DNA from: Corallococcus sp. CA049B | GTDB taxonomy: Bacteria > Myxococcota > Myxococcia > Myxococcales > Myxococcaceae | Length of the DNA stretch: 53,140 bases | Direction: 5' to 3' | Assembly (NCBI RefSeq): GCF_003611685.1 | Contig: NZ_RAWC01000041.1 | Location: 1-53,140, forward strand | In this document: in pieces, positions 16,774-26,379 of the stretch | How the letters are laid out: each line of letters opens with the position of its first letter | How positions within the stretch are numbered: the stretch's first letter is position 1 | Program-made: the position numbers and the translations under genes | The notes under the pieces: generated by a model | The model's input: the letters and a program-made list of their open reading frames with translations, nothing else | Databases searched by the model: none | Told to the model about the DNA's origin: nothing

Positions 16774-19458
16774 ATGCGACTGCTTCCACTCCTGGTGCTG
16801 GTGGTGTTGACCGTCCGCTGTGCGCACGCGCCAGAGGCCGCGCCAGCGGCTTCCGCGCCGCCCGCTGTTTCGTGGCCGGAGGCCCTGCCTCCCGCGCTGC
16901 GGCTGCCGGACACCGTGCGGCCCGTGCACTACGCGCTGGACCTGAAGCTCGTGCCCTCGGAGGACACGTATCCGGGCAGCGTCACCATCGACGTGGAGGT
17001 CCGCGCGCCCGTGCGCCAGGTGTGGCTGCATGCGCAGGACCTGGAGGTGACACGGGCTCGCGTCACCGTGGCGGGCCGCACGTTCGACGCGAAGCCTGTC
17101 ACCGCGCCGGAAGGACGTCTGGGATTGCTGCTGCCGGAGGAGTTGCCGGCAGGCAAGGCCCAGCTCCTGCTCGACTTCACCGGCAAGGTGGACCGCGAGC
17201 GCAGCCAGGGCCTCTATGGGGTGGACGAGGGCGGTGATCCCTACCTCTACACGTTCTTCGAGCCCATCGACGCGCGCCGCGCCTTCCCGTGCTTCGACGA
17301 GCCGACCTTCAAGGTGCCGTGGCGCCTGCGCTTCACCGTGAAGGCCGGGCACGTGGCGCTGGCCAACCATCCCATCGTGTCGCGCGAGCCCCTGTCGGAC
17401 GGCTTGGAGCGCGTCACCTTCGCGGAGAGCAAGCCGATGCCCAGCTACCTCGTGGCCTTCATGGTGGGGCCGTTCGACGTGGTGGAGGCCGGCGCCGTGG
17501 GCCGCACGAACGTGCCGCTGCGCTTCATCGTCCCCAAGGGCCGGGGCGCGGAGACGCGCTACGCCGCGAGCATCACGCCTCGCATCGTGAAGGGCCTGGA
17601 GGACTTCTTCGACCAGCCGTATCCGTACGAGAAGCTCGATGTCGCGGTCGTGCCCCGGTACTGGGGCACCATGGAGCACCCGGGCCTCGTCGCGCTCGGG
17701 CAGCCGCTCACGCTCATCCCGCCCGGTGAGGAGACGCTGGCCCGCCGCAAGTCCTACGCGGTCATCGCCAACCATGAGCTGGGCCACTACTGGTTCGGTG
17801 ACGTCGTCACCTGCTCCTGGTGGAACGACATCTGGCTGAACGAGTCCTTCACCGCGTGGCTGGACCGTCAGACCGTGGACCGGCTGGAGCCGTCCTGGGA
17901 TTACCAGCAGGAGCGCGCCATGTTCGCGACCCGCTCCGCGCTGGCGTCGGATGAGCTGGCGTCGGCGCTGCCCGTGCGCAAGCCGGTGGAGAGCAATGAT
18001 GACATCGTCGGCTCGTTCGACAACGGGACGACGTATGACAAGGGCTCGTCCGTCATCGCCATGTACGAGGCCTGGCTGGGACCGGAGCGCTTCCGCGACT
18101 TCCTCCGGGGCTATGTCCGCAAGCACGAGTGGAAGGTCGCGACGATGGAGGACCTCCTCGCGGACCTGTCCCAGGCGGCGGGGCCGGAGGTGGCGCGGTC
18201 CTTCGGCGGGTTCATCGAGCGGACCGGAGCGCCCCGGATCACCGCGCAGCTGTCGTGCCCGGCGGGCGGCGCTCCGTCCGTGAAGCTGTCCCAGGAGCGT
18301 TACCTGCCCGTGGGCTCCAAGGCGGACGCGCGGCAGGAATGGCAGGTGCCCGTGTGTCTTCGCGTGGGCACGGGCACGCAGTCGTCGCGGGTGTGCTCGA
18401 TGTTGCAGGGACCGTCCGCGGAGGTCGCGTTGCCCACGAAGCAGTGCCCGGCGTGGGTGCTGCTCAACGCGGGCGGCACGGGTTACTACCGCGGCGGTTA
18501 CACCCGCGAGCAGTTGACGAAGCTGCTCGCGACTCCGGTCGCCGCCTTCACTCCTGCGGAGCAGGTGTCGCTCTGGGCGGATGTGGATGCGGCGGTGACT
18601 CGGGGCGACCTGCCGCTGGGGGAGGCGCTGAAGGCGGTGCCTGCCTCCGCGAAATCGCCGAACCGGCTCGTGGTACAGAGCGCCGCCTCGCTGCTGGAGC
18701 TCGTGCGCCTGGATCAGCTCACGCCCGAGGAGCGCCAGCGCTTCCGCGCGTGGGTGGCCTCGCTCTACTCGGCGCGCGCACATGCCATGGGCTGGGTGCC
18801 GAAGCCGGGCGAGGACGACTCCGTGAAGGACTCACGCTCCCTGTTCCTCCGGCTGGCCGGCGGTCTGGGCGATGACCCCCGGCTGGTGAAGGAGTCGCTG
18901 CCCCTGGTGCGGGCCTGGCTGGCGGACCGGAAGTCGGTGGATCCAGAGGCATTCGGTGCCGCGCTGCCCCGAGCGGCGACGCACGGTGATGCGGCGCTGT
19001 TCAACGCGCTGCTGGAGGCGGCGAAGAAGGAGCCGGACCGCACCGAGCGGTCCCGGCTGCTGACGTCGCTGGCGTACTTCCGGAACCCGGACCTGCTGTG
19101 GCGGGCGCTGGGGCTGGTGGTGTCGCCGGACTTCGACGTGCGGGACTCGCAGGTCATCCTCCGGATGGCGTTGATGTCACCGGAGTCGCAGTCGCTGGCG
19201 TGGAACTTCTACCAGACGCACTTCGATGCGCTGACGCAGCGGCTGCGCTCGGATGAGCTGGGCCGGCTGATTGGCCAGACGGGGAGCCTCTGCGATGACC
19301 TCCACCTGGCGCAGGTGGAGACGTTCCTCACGCCCCGCGTGGACAAGGTCGAAGGCGGTCCGCGCGCGCTGACCCGGGCCCTGGAGTCCATCCGGCTGTG
19401 CATCGAGTCCCAGAAGCTCCAGTCCCCGAGCGTCAAGGCGTTCCTCCGCGCCCGGTGA
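16774..19458 (+). CDS. pepN: Aminopeptidase N (M1 family zinc metallopeptidase), secreted
   Basis: The protein has a signal peptide, the HELGHYWFGD HExxH motif, WLNESFTAW and a C-terminal ERAP1-like domain. Confidence 0.9.
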   Translation: MRLLPLLVLVVLTVRCAHAPEAAPAASAPPAVSWPEALPPALRLPDTVRPVHYALDLKLVPSEDTYPGSVTIDVEVRAPVRQVWLHAQDLEVTRARVTVAGRTFDAKPVTAPEGRLGLLLPEELPAGKAQLLLDFTGKVDRERSQGLYGVDEGGDPYLYTFFEPIDARRAFPCFDEPTFKVPWRLRFTVKAGHVALANHPIVSREPLSDGLERVTFAESKPMPSYLVAFMVGPFDVVEAGAVGRTNVPLRFIVPKGRGAETRYAASITPRIVKGLEDFFDQPYPYEKLDVAVVPRYWGTMEHPGLVALGQPLTLIPPGEETLARRKSYAVIANHELGHYWFGDVVTCSWWNDIWLNESFTAWLDRQTVDRLEPSWDYQQERAMFATRSALASDELASALPVRKPVESNDDIVGSFDNGTTYDKGSSVIAMYEAWLGPERFRDFLRGYVRKHEWKVATMEDLLADLSQAAGPEVARSFGGFIERTGAPRITAQLSCPAGGAPSVKLSQERYLPVGSKADARQEWQVPVCLRVGTGTQSSRVCSMLQGPSAEVALPTKQCPAWVLLNAGGTGYYRGGYTREQLTKLLATPVAAFTPAEQVSLWADVDAAVTRGDLPLGEALKAVPASAKSPNRLVVQSAASLLELVRLDQLTPEERQRFRAWVASLYSARAHAMGWVPKPGEDDSVKDSRSLFLRLAGGLGDDPRLVKESLPLVRAWLADRKSVDPEAFGAALPRAATHGDAALFNALLEAAKKEPDRTERSRLLTSLAYFRNPDLLWRALGLVVSPDFDVRDSQVILRMALMSPESQSLAWNFYQTHFDALTQRLRSDELGRLIGQTGSLCDDLHLAQVETFLTPRVDKVEGGPRALTRALESIRLCIESQKLQSPSVKAFLRAR

Positions 19459-19459
19459 C

Positions 19460-19861
19460 TCACGGCCCGTAGGGACACATCTTCAGCATCTGCGCGATGG
19501 GGGGGCGGCAGAGCTCCAGGAGCTGTGTCTCGTCCAGGAACGAGGAGTTCCGCGCCTTGAGGAAGCAGGACGCGGGATCATCCGAGGGCGTGGCGTACTG
19601 GCAGAGCTGGAGCGCCTGCGGGTCGGCGAGGAAGCCCTTCTCCTGCACCCGGAGGAAGCACCGTGCCGGGGAGTCGGAACGGGCACCCTGGCAGAGCTGC
19701 GCCGCGATGCTCTCGCTCACCGAGCTGCCCTGGCGCGCCGCTTCGAAGCAGGAGTATTGCGACGAACCCTCGGGAGGGCCTTCCAGTTGCCCCGCCGCTG
19801 GAAGCCCGAGCAGCGCGGCAGCCAGCCCCCAGCAACGTCTCCATTGGCCTCGCTTCATCAT
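19460..19861 (-). CDS. Small secreted protein with three roughly 28-aa Cys-containing repeats
   Basis: The signal peptide is MMKRGQWRRCWGLAAALLGLPAAG. The three repeats are SCFEAARQ...AAQLCQ, RCFLRVQEKGFLADPQALQLCQ and SCFLKARNSSFLDETQLLELCR. Confidence 0.5.
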   Translation of the reverse strand: MMKRGQWRRCWGLAAALLGLPAAGQLEGPPEGSSQYSCFEAARQGSSVSESIAAQLCQGARSDSPARCFLRVQEKGFLADPQALQLCQYATPSDDPASCFLKARNSSFLDETQLLELCRPPIAQMLKMCPYGP

Positions 19862-19941
19862 TCACCTCCCACGGAAGGTGGGGGAGTCATGGCCCGCATG
19901 GGAGGGACGGGCGGGAAGACAGCCGCCGTGCGCAGGCTGCT

Positions 19942-20286
19942 TCAGCCGTGCACGGTGCGACTGTCAGCGGGCACGGCCGCCCGGTCCGTCAAGCCGTAGT
20001 CCCTCACGACGTGCGCCACCCGCAGCCGGTAGTCGCTGAACACGCCTCCCCGGCCTTCGCGCTGGGCTTCACGGTGGGCCTCCAGTCGCCGCCATTCCGC
20101 CACCGCTGCCTCGTCTCGCCAGTAGGACAGGGACAGCAGCTTCCCCGGTTCGCTGAGGCTCTGGAACCGCTCGATGGAGATGAAGCCGTCGATGTCCGCC
20201 AGCAGGGGCCGCAGCTCCGCGGCGAGGTCCAGGTACCGCTGCCGATGCGACTCGTGTGCCCGGACCTCGAAGATGACAGCAATCAT
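19942..20286 (-). CDS. Antibiotic-biosynthesis-monooxygenase (ABM) domain protein
   Basis: The MIAVIFEVRAHE...SLSYWRDEAAVAEWR pattern marks an ABM fold. ATGA overlaps the stop of the upstream P450 gene. Confidence 0.7.
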   Translation of the reverse strand: MIAVIFEVRAHESHRQRYLDLAAELRPLLADIDGFISIERFQSLSEPGKLLSLSYWRDEAAVAEWRRLEAHREAQREGRGGVFSDYRLRVAHVVRDYGLTDRAAVPADSRTVHG

Positions 20287-21404
20287 TCCAGTCCTCCCAG
20301 GACGCGGGTGTTGGTGGCGGCACGCCAGGTGACGGTGCGCGACAAAGGCGACAGGTCCAGGCCATTCGCGAGCACTCGCTCCGCCGCCGCCGTGGCCATC
20401 GTCGTCGCGAGCAAAGACCCAGGACAGGCATGCGAGCCCAGGCCGAAGGTGAAGCTCTTGCGCCCCGCGCGCCGTGGAAGGAAGGCGTCGGGCTGGGGAT
20501 TCTCCAGGGGATCCCGATTCGCGGCGGCGAGCACGACGACCACGGTCTCACCGGCTTCCAGCGCCTGACCCGCGACGACCGCGGCGGCATGGGTGAAGCG
20601 CCGTGTGTTCTGGACCGGGGAATCGTGACGAGCTGCTTCCTGGACCACGTCGTCCATCGTGCAGGTACCCCGTGAGAGCTGTTCACGCAGCTCGGGCATG
20701 CGAGCGAAGGCCCGCAGCGTCGCGCCCAGAAGACCGGCCGTCGCTTCATACGCCTGGGTGAGCAGGCCCACGGTGTTGGGAACGAGCAGGTCCTCCGGGC
20801 CGTGGCCTTCCATCAGCCGGGCCGTGAACGCGGTCCTCGCCGTGGACCGGAAACAGGCCGCCACGCGTTCGTGCAGCCTCGCCGCCCCCTTGCTGCCAGC
20901 AGGGGACCCGGCGACCGAGCGGACATAGGCATCCACATCCCGCACGCTCGCCTCCAGCGTGTCTTCTGGGAAGCCGAGCAGCGACCCCAGCACGAACACG
21001 GGAAGCTGGAGGGCGGCGTCCGGCAGCCGTGACAGCGAGGGCGTCGAGAACAACCGTGTCGCCTGGCGGCGGCTCTCCGCTTCGACCTCCCGCAGCGCCA
21101 ACGGCAGCGCACTTGAAAGTGTCTGCTTCACGGCGGGGTAGGGGCCACCGTCGTTCATCCGCACCAGCCGTCCAAAAAGGGCCCCCGCGGCGGTGCCCGC
21201 CAGGTGCGGAGGCACTGGCTCCGACCGTGGCCGGACCCGGCAGTGCTCGCTCGTGAGCACCGCGCGGACGGTGGCCGCATCCGCCGCGATCCATGGCCCG
21301 AAGCCGGGGACGCGGTGCAGGCCGCCCCGGGCTCGAAGCTCCGAGTAGTAGGGGTAGGGGTCGGGGTGGGTGACGGCTTGATACGGGTCGGTCGGCGGTG
21401 TCAT
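20283..21404 (-). CDS. Cytochrome P450
   Basis: The heme-thiolate signature FGLGSHACPGSLLA is present, as is the ExxR motif (EAARHDSP). The start is the internal ATG at 21404 (MTPPTDPYQAV...). Confidence 0.8.
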   Translation of the reverse strand: MTPPTDPYQAVTHPDPYPYYSELRARGGLHRVPGFGPWIAADAATVRAVLTSEHCRVRPRSEPVPPHLAGTAAGALFGRLVRMNDGGPYPAVKQTLSSALPLALREVEAESRRQATRLFSTPSLSRLPDAALQLPVFVLGSLLGFPEDTLEASVRDVDAYVRSVAGSPAGSKGAARLHERVAACFRSTARTAFTARLMEGHGPEDLLVPNTVGLLTQAYEATAGLLGATLRAFARMPELREQLSRGTCTMDDVVQEAARHDSPVQNTRRFTHAAAVVAGQALEAGETVVVVLAAANRDPLENPQPDAFLPRRAGRKSFTFGLGSHACPGSLLATTMATAAAERVLANGLDLSPLSRTVTWRAATNTRVLGGLE

Positions 21405-21467
21405 CGGTCCTCGTGGCCGGGCACTCTGCCGCCGTTGCCGTGTCCGTGTGCTAGGAAATGGTTCGTC

Positions 21468-22151
21468 ATGGACCGAACGATGAATGCAGGGCCGGACCTC
21501 GCGACGCTGGCCACGGCCGTGGGGGATGCCACGCGGATCCGGATGCTGGAGTTGCTCATGGAGGGCCGGGCGCTCGTCGCGAAGGAGCTCGCGTTCGGTA
21601 CGGGCGTCAGCCCCGCGACGGCGACCGCGCACCTCCAGCGGTTGGAGCAGGCCCGGCTGGTCCGCGCCACCCGTCAGGGGCGCAACAAGGTGTTCCGGAT
21701 CGCCACGCCCACCGTGGCGCGGATGGTGGAGGCGCTGATGACCGTGGCGGTCCGGGGCCCCCGAGCGTCAGCGACTCCGGAGCCCCTGAGGGCCGCGCGC
21801 TACTGCTACGACCATCTGGCGGGCAGACTTGGCATGGGCATCACCGACGCGCTCCTGCGGGCCGGGCACCTGTCCCTTCGCAAGCGCGCGTTCGCGCTCA
21901 CCCCGAGCGGCGAGGCGTGGTTCCAGGACTTCGGCATCGACCTGGCGCCCGTGCGCGAACAGCGGCGCCACTTCGCCCACCGGTGCCTGGACTGGAGTGA
22001 GCGGCGCGATCACCTCGCGGGGGCGCTGGGCGCGGCGCTCGCGGCCCGGGTGTTCGCATTGGGATGGGTGGAGCGTCAGCCCGACTCACGCGGCCTCATC
22101 GTGACGCCTGGAGGCCAGCGGGGGCTCAAGCGTCACTTTGGCGTGCTGTAG
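21468..22151 (+). CDS. ArsR/SmtB-family winged-helix transcriptional regulator, divergent from the P450 gene
   Basis: The HTH is ATLATAVGDATRIRMLELLMEGRALVAKELAFGTGVSPATATAHLQRLEQARLV. The start is the ATG at 21468, inside a longer GTG-started ORF. Confidence 0.75.
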   Translation: MDRTMNAGPDLATLATAVGDATRIRMLELLMEGRALVAKELAFGTGVSPATATAHLQRLEQARLVRATRQGRNKVFRIATPTVARMVEALMTVAVRGPRASATPEPLRAARYCYDHLAGRLGMGITDALLRAGHLSLRKRAFALTPSGEAWFQDFGIDLAPVREQRRHFAHRCLDWSERRDHLAGALGAALAARVFALGWVERQPDSRGLIVTPGGQRGLKRHFGVL

Positions 22152-22984
22152 GCCGCGGCGTTCGCGTCCGCGCGCTCGCGGGTGCGCTGGATGGCGACGG
22201 AGACTGCTTCGCCCACGACGCGAGTCAGACCGTGGGCGTCCATCGCCTTCAGCCCTGCCTCGGTGATGCCTCCCGGGGTCGCGATCTCCGTGATGAGGCG
22301 AGGGGTGGTGGCGCCGGGTTCGGCCAGCAGCTTCGCCGCGCCAATGAGCGTTTCCCTGGCGAGCGCCTCCGCTTCCGCCGCGTCCATCCCGTGCGCCATC
22401 GCGGCCTGGGCCAGGGTCTCCACGAAGCGGAAGACATAAGCGGGGCCCGTGCCGCACACCCCCGTGCAGACCGTGAGCGCCTCCTCGGTCATCCACATGG
22501 GCCGTCCCGTCGCCGCGAAGACGGACTCGGTGGCCAGCCTTGAGGTCTCCGTTGCCCGGGTCCCGGCCGTCAGTGGCGTCACGCCCGCTCCCACGCGCAC
22601 GGGCGTATGGGGCAGGGCGCGGATGACGGAGACGCAGGAGGGCAGCGCCGCTTCCAGCTGCGCGAGGCGCACGTCCGCGGACAGCGACACCACCGTCTGC
22701 CCGGGTTCCAGAGCCGGCGAGATGACCTCCATCAGCTCGCGCAATTGTGCCTGCCGCACCGCCAGCAGGACCACCCCCGCGCCCCGCACCGCCTGCGCGT
22801 TGTCCATGAGGACGTTCACGCCGTGCCGGGAGCGCAGCTCCTCTCCGCGCTCGGGCCGGCGCACCGTGACGCGAAGGTCCGAAGGACGCACGTGGCCGGA
22901 GCGCAACAGTCCCAGGATGAGCGCTTCAGCGATCTTGCCGCCTCCCAGGAGGACTACGGGAGCAGAGATGGAATGGGACGCCAT
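22133..22984 (-). CDS. proC: Pyrroline-5-carboxylate reductase
   Basis: An N-terminal NAD(P)-binding motif (VVLLGGGKIAEAL) is followed by the CGTGPAYVF and TPGGITEAG motifs. Confidence 0.85.
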   Translation of the reverse strand: MASHSISAPVVLLGGGKIAEALILGLLRSGHVRPSDLRVTVRRPERGEELRSRHGVNVLMDNAQAVRGAGVVLLAVRQAQLRELMEVISPALEPGQTVVSLSADVRLAQLEAALPSCVSVIRALPHTPVRVGAGVTPLTAGTRATETSRLATESVFAATGRPMWMTEEALTVCTGVCGTGPAYVFRFVETLAQAAMAHGMDAAEAEALARETLIGAAKLLAEPGATTPRLITEIATPGGITEAGLKAMDAHGLTRVVGEAVSVAIQRTRERADANAAAYSTPK

Positions 22985-23094
22985 CGCTAGAGCCTACCCT
23001 CAAGCGGGCCGCCAGGAGTTCGCCAACAAGGTCCGCCTTCGAGGGTGCAGCGATGTGGCTCGATTGGATGCAGGAGCGGAGGGCAGGTCGGGCC

Positions 23095-23412
23095 CGGAAC
23101 GCTCAGAACCTGTCCGACAGTCGGACAGGATTCGCGGCAAGCAGTCCGAGGCCACGCCAGTCCACCAGGTCAGCGACGTCATGCGTGCGCGAGCGCAAGG
23201 TCGTGACACGGGGAGAGGGGCCGCCCGGGTCCGGTTCGCTCAAAACCTGTCCGACAGTCGGACAGCTTTTCGAAGCATGCGGTCCGAGGTCGCGCTGGGC
23301 CGTCGGTCGAGCAATGTCATGCGTGCGTGAACTCCAGGGATGGACTCGGACAGAGGCACCCGCCTGGGACGGGTTCCCTCAAAACCTGTCCGACAGTCGG
23401 ACAGGTTTCAGA
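23095..23412. repeat. Three tandem roughly 138-bp repeats, each containing the near-perfect palindrome CTGTCCGAC-A-GTCGGACAG
   Basis: The palindromes lie at 23110-23128, 23247-23265 and 23386-23404. Each is preceded by (c/g)ctcaRaac and followed about 60 nt later by a gtcatgcgtgcg-like box. The array sits in the roughly 750-bp non-coding gap between proC and the DUF481 gene. Confidence 0.8.
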
Positions 23413-23735
23413 CACCTGAGGCCCGGGGGCCGCGCTGGCCGACGGACGATGCGGACGGTGGGCCTTCGCGCTCATGTCAGACCCCAGTGGTTGGATGGCC
23501 ATGCTGGGACGAGGAGGGGACGGGGATGGGGAAAGCGAAGCTGACGCGTCTCTATGACGTTTGTCGGGACACGGCGCACGAGGCGCTGCGGTGGCTTGCT
23601 GCGCGGGACCTTGGGGGCCAGTGCCCCAAGAACAATTCTCGCGCTGTGACAGTGGATGCGTCGTCGACGGAGGAGATGCGTCCTCCCGCGCCTTGTTTGC
23701 GCGCCCGATGCGTCAACGCGCTGCTTGCCGCCCAC

Positions 23736-24512
23736 TCAAAACTTCACTCCCACCGTGGTGCGCAGCTGCGTGTCCAGGGGCGGCACCGTCGCGGGCGGTG
23801 CGCTGTCGTAGGTGAGGTTGAAGCCGATGCCCACCGTGACGCGGGGATTGGGCGTCACCGCGAAGATCGTCTCGTTGAGCACGCGCAGGTCGGAGGGGCG
23901 GGTGACTCGCGGCTGGAAGTAGACCGTCTCCACGAGGTCGATGTTCTCCATCAGCTTCACCCGGGCCAGCAGATAGCTGGAGACTCGCGGATCCATGTAG
24001 CGGTCCCCCGCGTCCGGCTCGCCGTCCTTGCGCAGCCGCTCGTACTCCAGCATCAGCGCCACCCCGAAGGTGAACCCCAATCGGGTCTCATTGAGCAGGA
24101 TGAAGCGCGGACCCGCGCCCAGCAGGGCCCGGAACTGGAGCCGGCGGAACTCGTTGTATTCGTGCTGCGCGAAGACCTCGCCCGACACCGTGTCCGTGAA
24201 CTTTCGCCGGTAGCGCACGTGCTCCAGCACCTGGCTGACGATGCGCTCGCCACTGGCGAACGAATATTCACCCCGGATGACGCCCAGCCAGACGTCTCGC
24301 TCGGAGCGCAGCTGGCCCACCAGCGAGCCCCGGATGGCGAACAGCTCCGTGCTGCCCGTGCGCCAGTCGCCCCCGAGTTCGATGGCAGCGGCCGGCCCCG
24401 GCTCCGCCTTCTCGTCGAAGAGCGCCTGCACGTTGACGATCTGCGCCGCCGCGCCGCTCGCGTGGAGCAACGCCACCAGCACCACCCACGCACCCGACTT
24501 CAGGAGATTCAT
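23736..24512 (-). CDS. DUF481-family outer-membrane beta-barrel protein (YdiY-like)
   Basis: The signal peptide is MNLLKSGAWVVLVALLHASGAAAQ. The sequence has alternating amphipathic beta-strand character and ends in a C-terminal Phe. Confidence 0.6.
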   Translation of the reverse strand: MNLLKSGAWVVLVALLHASGAAAQIVNVQALFDEKAEPGPAAAIELGGDWRTGSTELFAIRGSLVGQLRSERDVWLGVIRGEYSFASGERIVSQVLEHVRYRRKFTDTVSGEVFAQHEYNEFRRLQFRALLGAGPRFILLNETRLGFTFGVALMLEYERLRKDGEPDAGDRYMDPRVSSYLLARVKLMENIDLVETVYFQPRVTRPSDLRVLNETIFAVTPNPRVTVGIGFNLTYDSAPPATVPPLDTQLRTTVGVKF

Positions 24513-24654
24513 GCATCTTGCTGTGCCTGCTCGCGCGCTCTCGTTCAACCTTGTTGTGGGGGCTCCGGTGCGTCGGGCCAGCGCTTGACGCCGGCGGTGG
24601 CGCGGAGCATGCCTGCGACGTTCCCCTGGCCCTTGCCCTGTCCGGAGTCCGCCC

Positions 24655-25542
24655 ATGCAGGTTCACATCATCGATGCCTTCACCCGCACTGCCGGTGCAG
24701 GAAACCGCGCGGGCGTGGTGCTCGACGCTGCGGCGCTGGAGGTCCCCACGATGCAGCGGACCGCCGCGGCCGTCAGCGCGTCGGAGACCGCGTTCCTGCT
24801 GTCCCGGCCCGGCGACGCCACCGTGCGCCTGCGCTACTTCACGCCCGTGGACGAGATTCCCTTCTGCGGCCATGCCACGGTGGCCACCTTCCACCTGCTC
24901 GCGGAGAAGGGGCTCCTGCGAAGCCCGGGGACGTACACGCTGGAGTGCCCCGGTGGCACGTTCAGCATCGAGCTGGAGCCCCAGGGCACGCGCGGGACTC
25001 GGGTGTGGATCACCACGCCCCCGCCGCCCGCGCAGCCCAACCCCGTGGCCCTGGACGCACTGATGGCCACGCTGGGCGGGACCGCGTCGCAGGTGGAGCC
25101 GTCGCTGCCGGTCATCCGCCAGGGCCACCGGCTGGTGGTGCCCCTCCGGCGGCTCGCGGACCTGGAGGCCCTGACGCCGCGAGGCGCGGCGATGAACGCG
25201 CTGCTGATGCCGCACGGCTTGCGCGGCGTCTACCTCTTCACCCGCGAAGCGAAGGAGGAGGGGAGCGTGGCCCAGGCGCGCTACTTCGTCCCGGGCTTCG
25301 GCATCCTGGAGGACCCCGTGACGGGCTCCGCCGCGGGACCGCTCGCGGCCTGGCTCGCCGAGCACGGGAGCCTTCGCCTGCCGGAGCACGGCGGCACGGT
25401 GTCGAGCCGCATCGAACAGGGCGACACGCTCGGCAAGCCGGGCCGAATCGACATCCAGGTCACCGGCCGGCCAGGCCACATCGAACGCGCTCGCGTTGGC
25501 GGGGTGGCCCTCACCGTGATGGACGCCACGCTGCTCGCGTAG
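24655..25542 (+). CDS. PhzF-family phenazine-biosynthesis-like isomerase
   Basis: The start is MQVHIIDAFT...GNRAGVV. FCGHATVA is present, as is the second-half motif YFVPGFGILEDPVTGSAAGPLAAWL. Confidence 0.8.
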   Translation: MQVHIIDAFTRTAGAGNRAGVVLDAAALEVPTMQRTAAAVSASETAFLLSRPGDATVRLRYFTPVDEIPFCGHATVATFHLLAEKGLLRSPGTYTLECPGGTFSIELEPQGTRGTRVWITTPPPPAQPNPVALDALMATLGGTASQVEPSLPVIRQGHRLVVPLRRLADLEALTPRGAAMNALLMPHGLRGVYLFTREAKEEGSVAQARYFVPGFGILEDPVTGSAAGPLAAWLAEHGSLRLPEHGGTVSSRIEQGDTLGKPGRIDIQVTGRPGHIERARVGGVALTVMDATLLA

Positions 25543-25697
25543 CGGGGCGCCCGTGAATGCCAGACCGCGGGGCCGGGCCCCCTTGATGGCCCCGCCGCGC
25601 GCCTCCAGGTTTGGGGTTGGGATGATCCCATCCCCGCTTGAGTGACCGGTGCGGTCCGGCGGCCGGGGGCCAGCCGGCTCCACCGGGGGAGGACGTC

Positions 25698-26363
25698 ATG
25701 GCAACCGACAACAGGAACGCAGGCGCGCAGGGGGAGCCCTCCTCGCCCGCCGTGAAGAACGCCCAGGCCGGTGCGCCGGGCGCCACCTCGCAGGGGCAGG
25801 AGCCCAGGACGGGCGCTGGCATCAGCCGCCGCGAGTCCCCGGCCCCCGCCATCGGGAGGGAAGCCGCGCCCGTGAGCCCGTTCGGGCTGCTGCGTCGCAT
25901 GATGGAGGACATGGACCAGCTCGTCACCGGCTTCGGAGGCCGGGGCATTGCCGCCCGGAGCGGCGTGCTGGACGAGGGCCTCTGGTCGCCACAGGTGGAC
26001 GTGCTGGAGCGGAACGGAAGCCTCATCGTGAAGGCAGACCTGCCGGGGATGAAGCAGGAGGACATCTACGTCGAGCTGCAGCCGGACCTGCTCATCATCG
26101 AAGGCGAGCGCTCCTTCGAGCTGGAAGAGGAGGAGGAGGCCGAAGGCATCTGGAGCCTGGAGCGCAGCACCGGGCTGTTCCGCCGCGCCGTTCCGCTGCC
26201 GGAAGGCATCGACACGGAGTCAGTCCAGGCGCACTTCGAGAACGGCGTCCTGGAGGTCTCCCTGAAGCTCCCGGAGGAGCTGCCCCAGGGCAAGCGCATC
26301 GAGGTGAAGGGCGGTTCGCGCGAGCAGGCCCGCCGGATGACGCGCGGGAAGCCCATCCACTGA
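25698..26363 (+). CDS. Hsp20/alpha-crystallin family small heat-shock protein
   Basis: GGAGGA lies upstream of the ATG at 25698. The alpha-crystallin domain reads WSPQVDVLERNGSLIVKADLPGMKQEDIYVEL...AVPLPEGIDTESVQAHFENGVLEVSLKLP. Confidence 0.8.
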   Translation: MATDNRNAGAQGEPSSPAVKNAQAGAPGATSQGQEPRTGAGISRRESPAPAIGREAAPVSPFGLLRRMMEDMDQLVTGFGGRGIAARSGVLDEGLWSPQVDVLERNGSLIVKADLPGMKQEDIYVELQPDLLIIEGERSFELEEEEEAEGIWSLERSTGLFRRAVPLPEGIDTESVQAHFENGVLEVSLKLPEELPQGKRIEVKGGSREQARRMTRGKPIH

Positions 26364-26379
26364 GGGAGGGGCGCCTGCG

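Noticed and set aside
16759-18783. A 674-aa minus-strand ORF antisense to pepN, with several similar ones antisense to cheA, mcp, the SNF2 gene and the HEAT gene
   Set aside because: All are GC-skew artefacts opposite strongly supported genes.
23340-25556. A 738-aa plus-strand ORF across the repeat array, the DUF481 gene and PhzF
   Set aside because: It is low-complexity. It runs antisense or out of frame to the DUF481 and PhzF genes, which have clear homology. I treat the repeat array as non-coding.
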